In this document: positions 22,628 through 23,512 of the stretch, piece by piece | How positions within the stretch are numbered: the first letter of the stretch is position 1 | Layout of the letters: each line of letters begins with the position of its first letter | Source of the DNA: Piromyces finnis finn | Taxonomy: Eukaryota > Fungi > Neocallimastigomycota | Reading direction: 5' to 3' | NCBI GenBank assembly: GCA_002104945.1 | Contig: MCFH01000151.1 | Span: forward strand, 1 to 23,512 | DNA: 23,512 nucleotides | Program-made: the position numbers and the translations under genes | Notes under the pieces: model-generated | The model's database searches: none | The model's input: the letters and a program-made list of their open reading frames with translations, nothing else | What the model was told of the DNA's origin: nothing

Positions 22628-23512
22628 CAATGAAAACAAAAAGACATTTACCAATTAATGGTAAGAGAATCCTATTCATTTCTCGCTAGAAAGTAGCGGG
22701 AGCATTAGTTAAACCAAATGGCAATACTTTAAAATTATAATTACCAAATTTTGTTGTAAAAGCAGTTTTTTCAATATCATTTGGGTTCATAGGAATTTGG
22801 TGGTAGCCAGAATATAAATCTAAAGCAGAAAATATTTTTGCACCATTAACAGAAGATATTAATTCATCAATAAAAGGAAATGCATAAGAATCCTTAATAG
22901 TAATTTCATTAAGTCTTCTATAATCAATACACATTCTCCATTTACCATTTTTCTTTTGTACAAGTAAAACTGGAAATGACCATGGAGAGTGAGAAGGAGT
23001 AATTAAACCTTTATCAAGTAATGAAAGAATTTCACTTTTTAAAATATCAGCATGTTCCTTAGATAATTTATAAGGTTTTAATTTTATTGGTTTATTAGTA
23101 GTAGTAATTATAGAATGAGGTTCTAAATCCGCAGTAGTTAATTGAGACATTGATGTAGCCATACAATTTTTATATTTATTTATAATGTGTTCAAATTTTG
23201 ATTTAATATTATCAGGTGTTGAATTTAAGATTTCTTTTAACGTATCTTGAAAATTCTTGGTTTTCTTCTTTTGAAATAATTATAGAATTCATTAAGGGAA
23301 TATCATTAGCATCATTATCATTACTATTGATAATGTTTGTAATTTTCTTTAAACCTTTTTTGTTTTCTGGTATATATAATCATCATCAGGTTCAATAAAT
23401 AAACGGTATTTCTTTTGAATACCTTTTCCAAAAATTATATCAAGTAGGATTACTTTGTTCAATAATATAAATTTTTCTAAAATAGTACAACAATTATTAA
23501 TATTTATTTTTA
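22628..23512 (-). pseudogene. Second gypsy pol, protease C-terminus and RT N-half (runs off window)
   Basis: DIIFG protease motif (frameshifted); SPWSFPVLLVQKKNGKWRMCIDYRRLN; LDLYSGYHQI; PFGLTNAPATF*REMNRILLPLIGKCLFVFI; TAG at 22686-22688. Confidence 0.9.

Noticed and set aside
16042-22688. RIP-like mutation (probable CAA>TAA at 16042, CAG>TAG at 22686)
   Set aside because: Only two events, both the commonest route to a stop codon. The LTR-LTR substitutions are not in CpA context and there is no pervasive TpA conversion.
20184-23398. Plus-strand ORFs 20184-20369 and 23216-23398
   Set aside because: Antisense shadows of the second pol.

Overview
Extremely AT-rich eukaryotic repeat region. 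The intergenic DNA is visually >80% A+T, which suggests an anaerobic gut fungus (Neocallimastigomycota), but the taxon is inferred only. No intact host gene is visible. Main contents: (1) a ~3.5-kb fold-back palindrome (1-3526) whose turn lies at a native 12-bp inverted repeat inside an LTR; (2) a complete, young Ty3/gypsy chromovirus on the minus strand (11266-17506), with ~605-bp near-identical LTRs, TATTA target-site duplication (TSD), fused gag-pol with a C-terminal chromodomain and many 1-bp frameshifts; (3) a second, non-chromodomain gypsy element (~18962 to window end, minus strand), whose RT catalytic FIDD codons are split by a solo LTR; (4) solo or partial LTRs of three related families (A, B, C). 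The strongest observation is Tf1-type self-priming. The primer-binding site (PBS, ATAACAATTAC) is not tRNA-like and is the exact complement of an 11-mer inside the LTR. That 11-mer sits exactly 35 nt downstream of a TATAAATA box in every copy of all three diverged LTR families that includes this region. Two unidentified coding relics are split by LTR insertions. The 3.6-11 kb interval is an unresolved AT desert with paired TAACCCTT motifs, hairpins and small GC islands.
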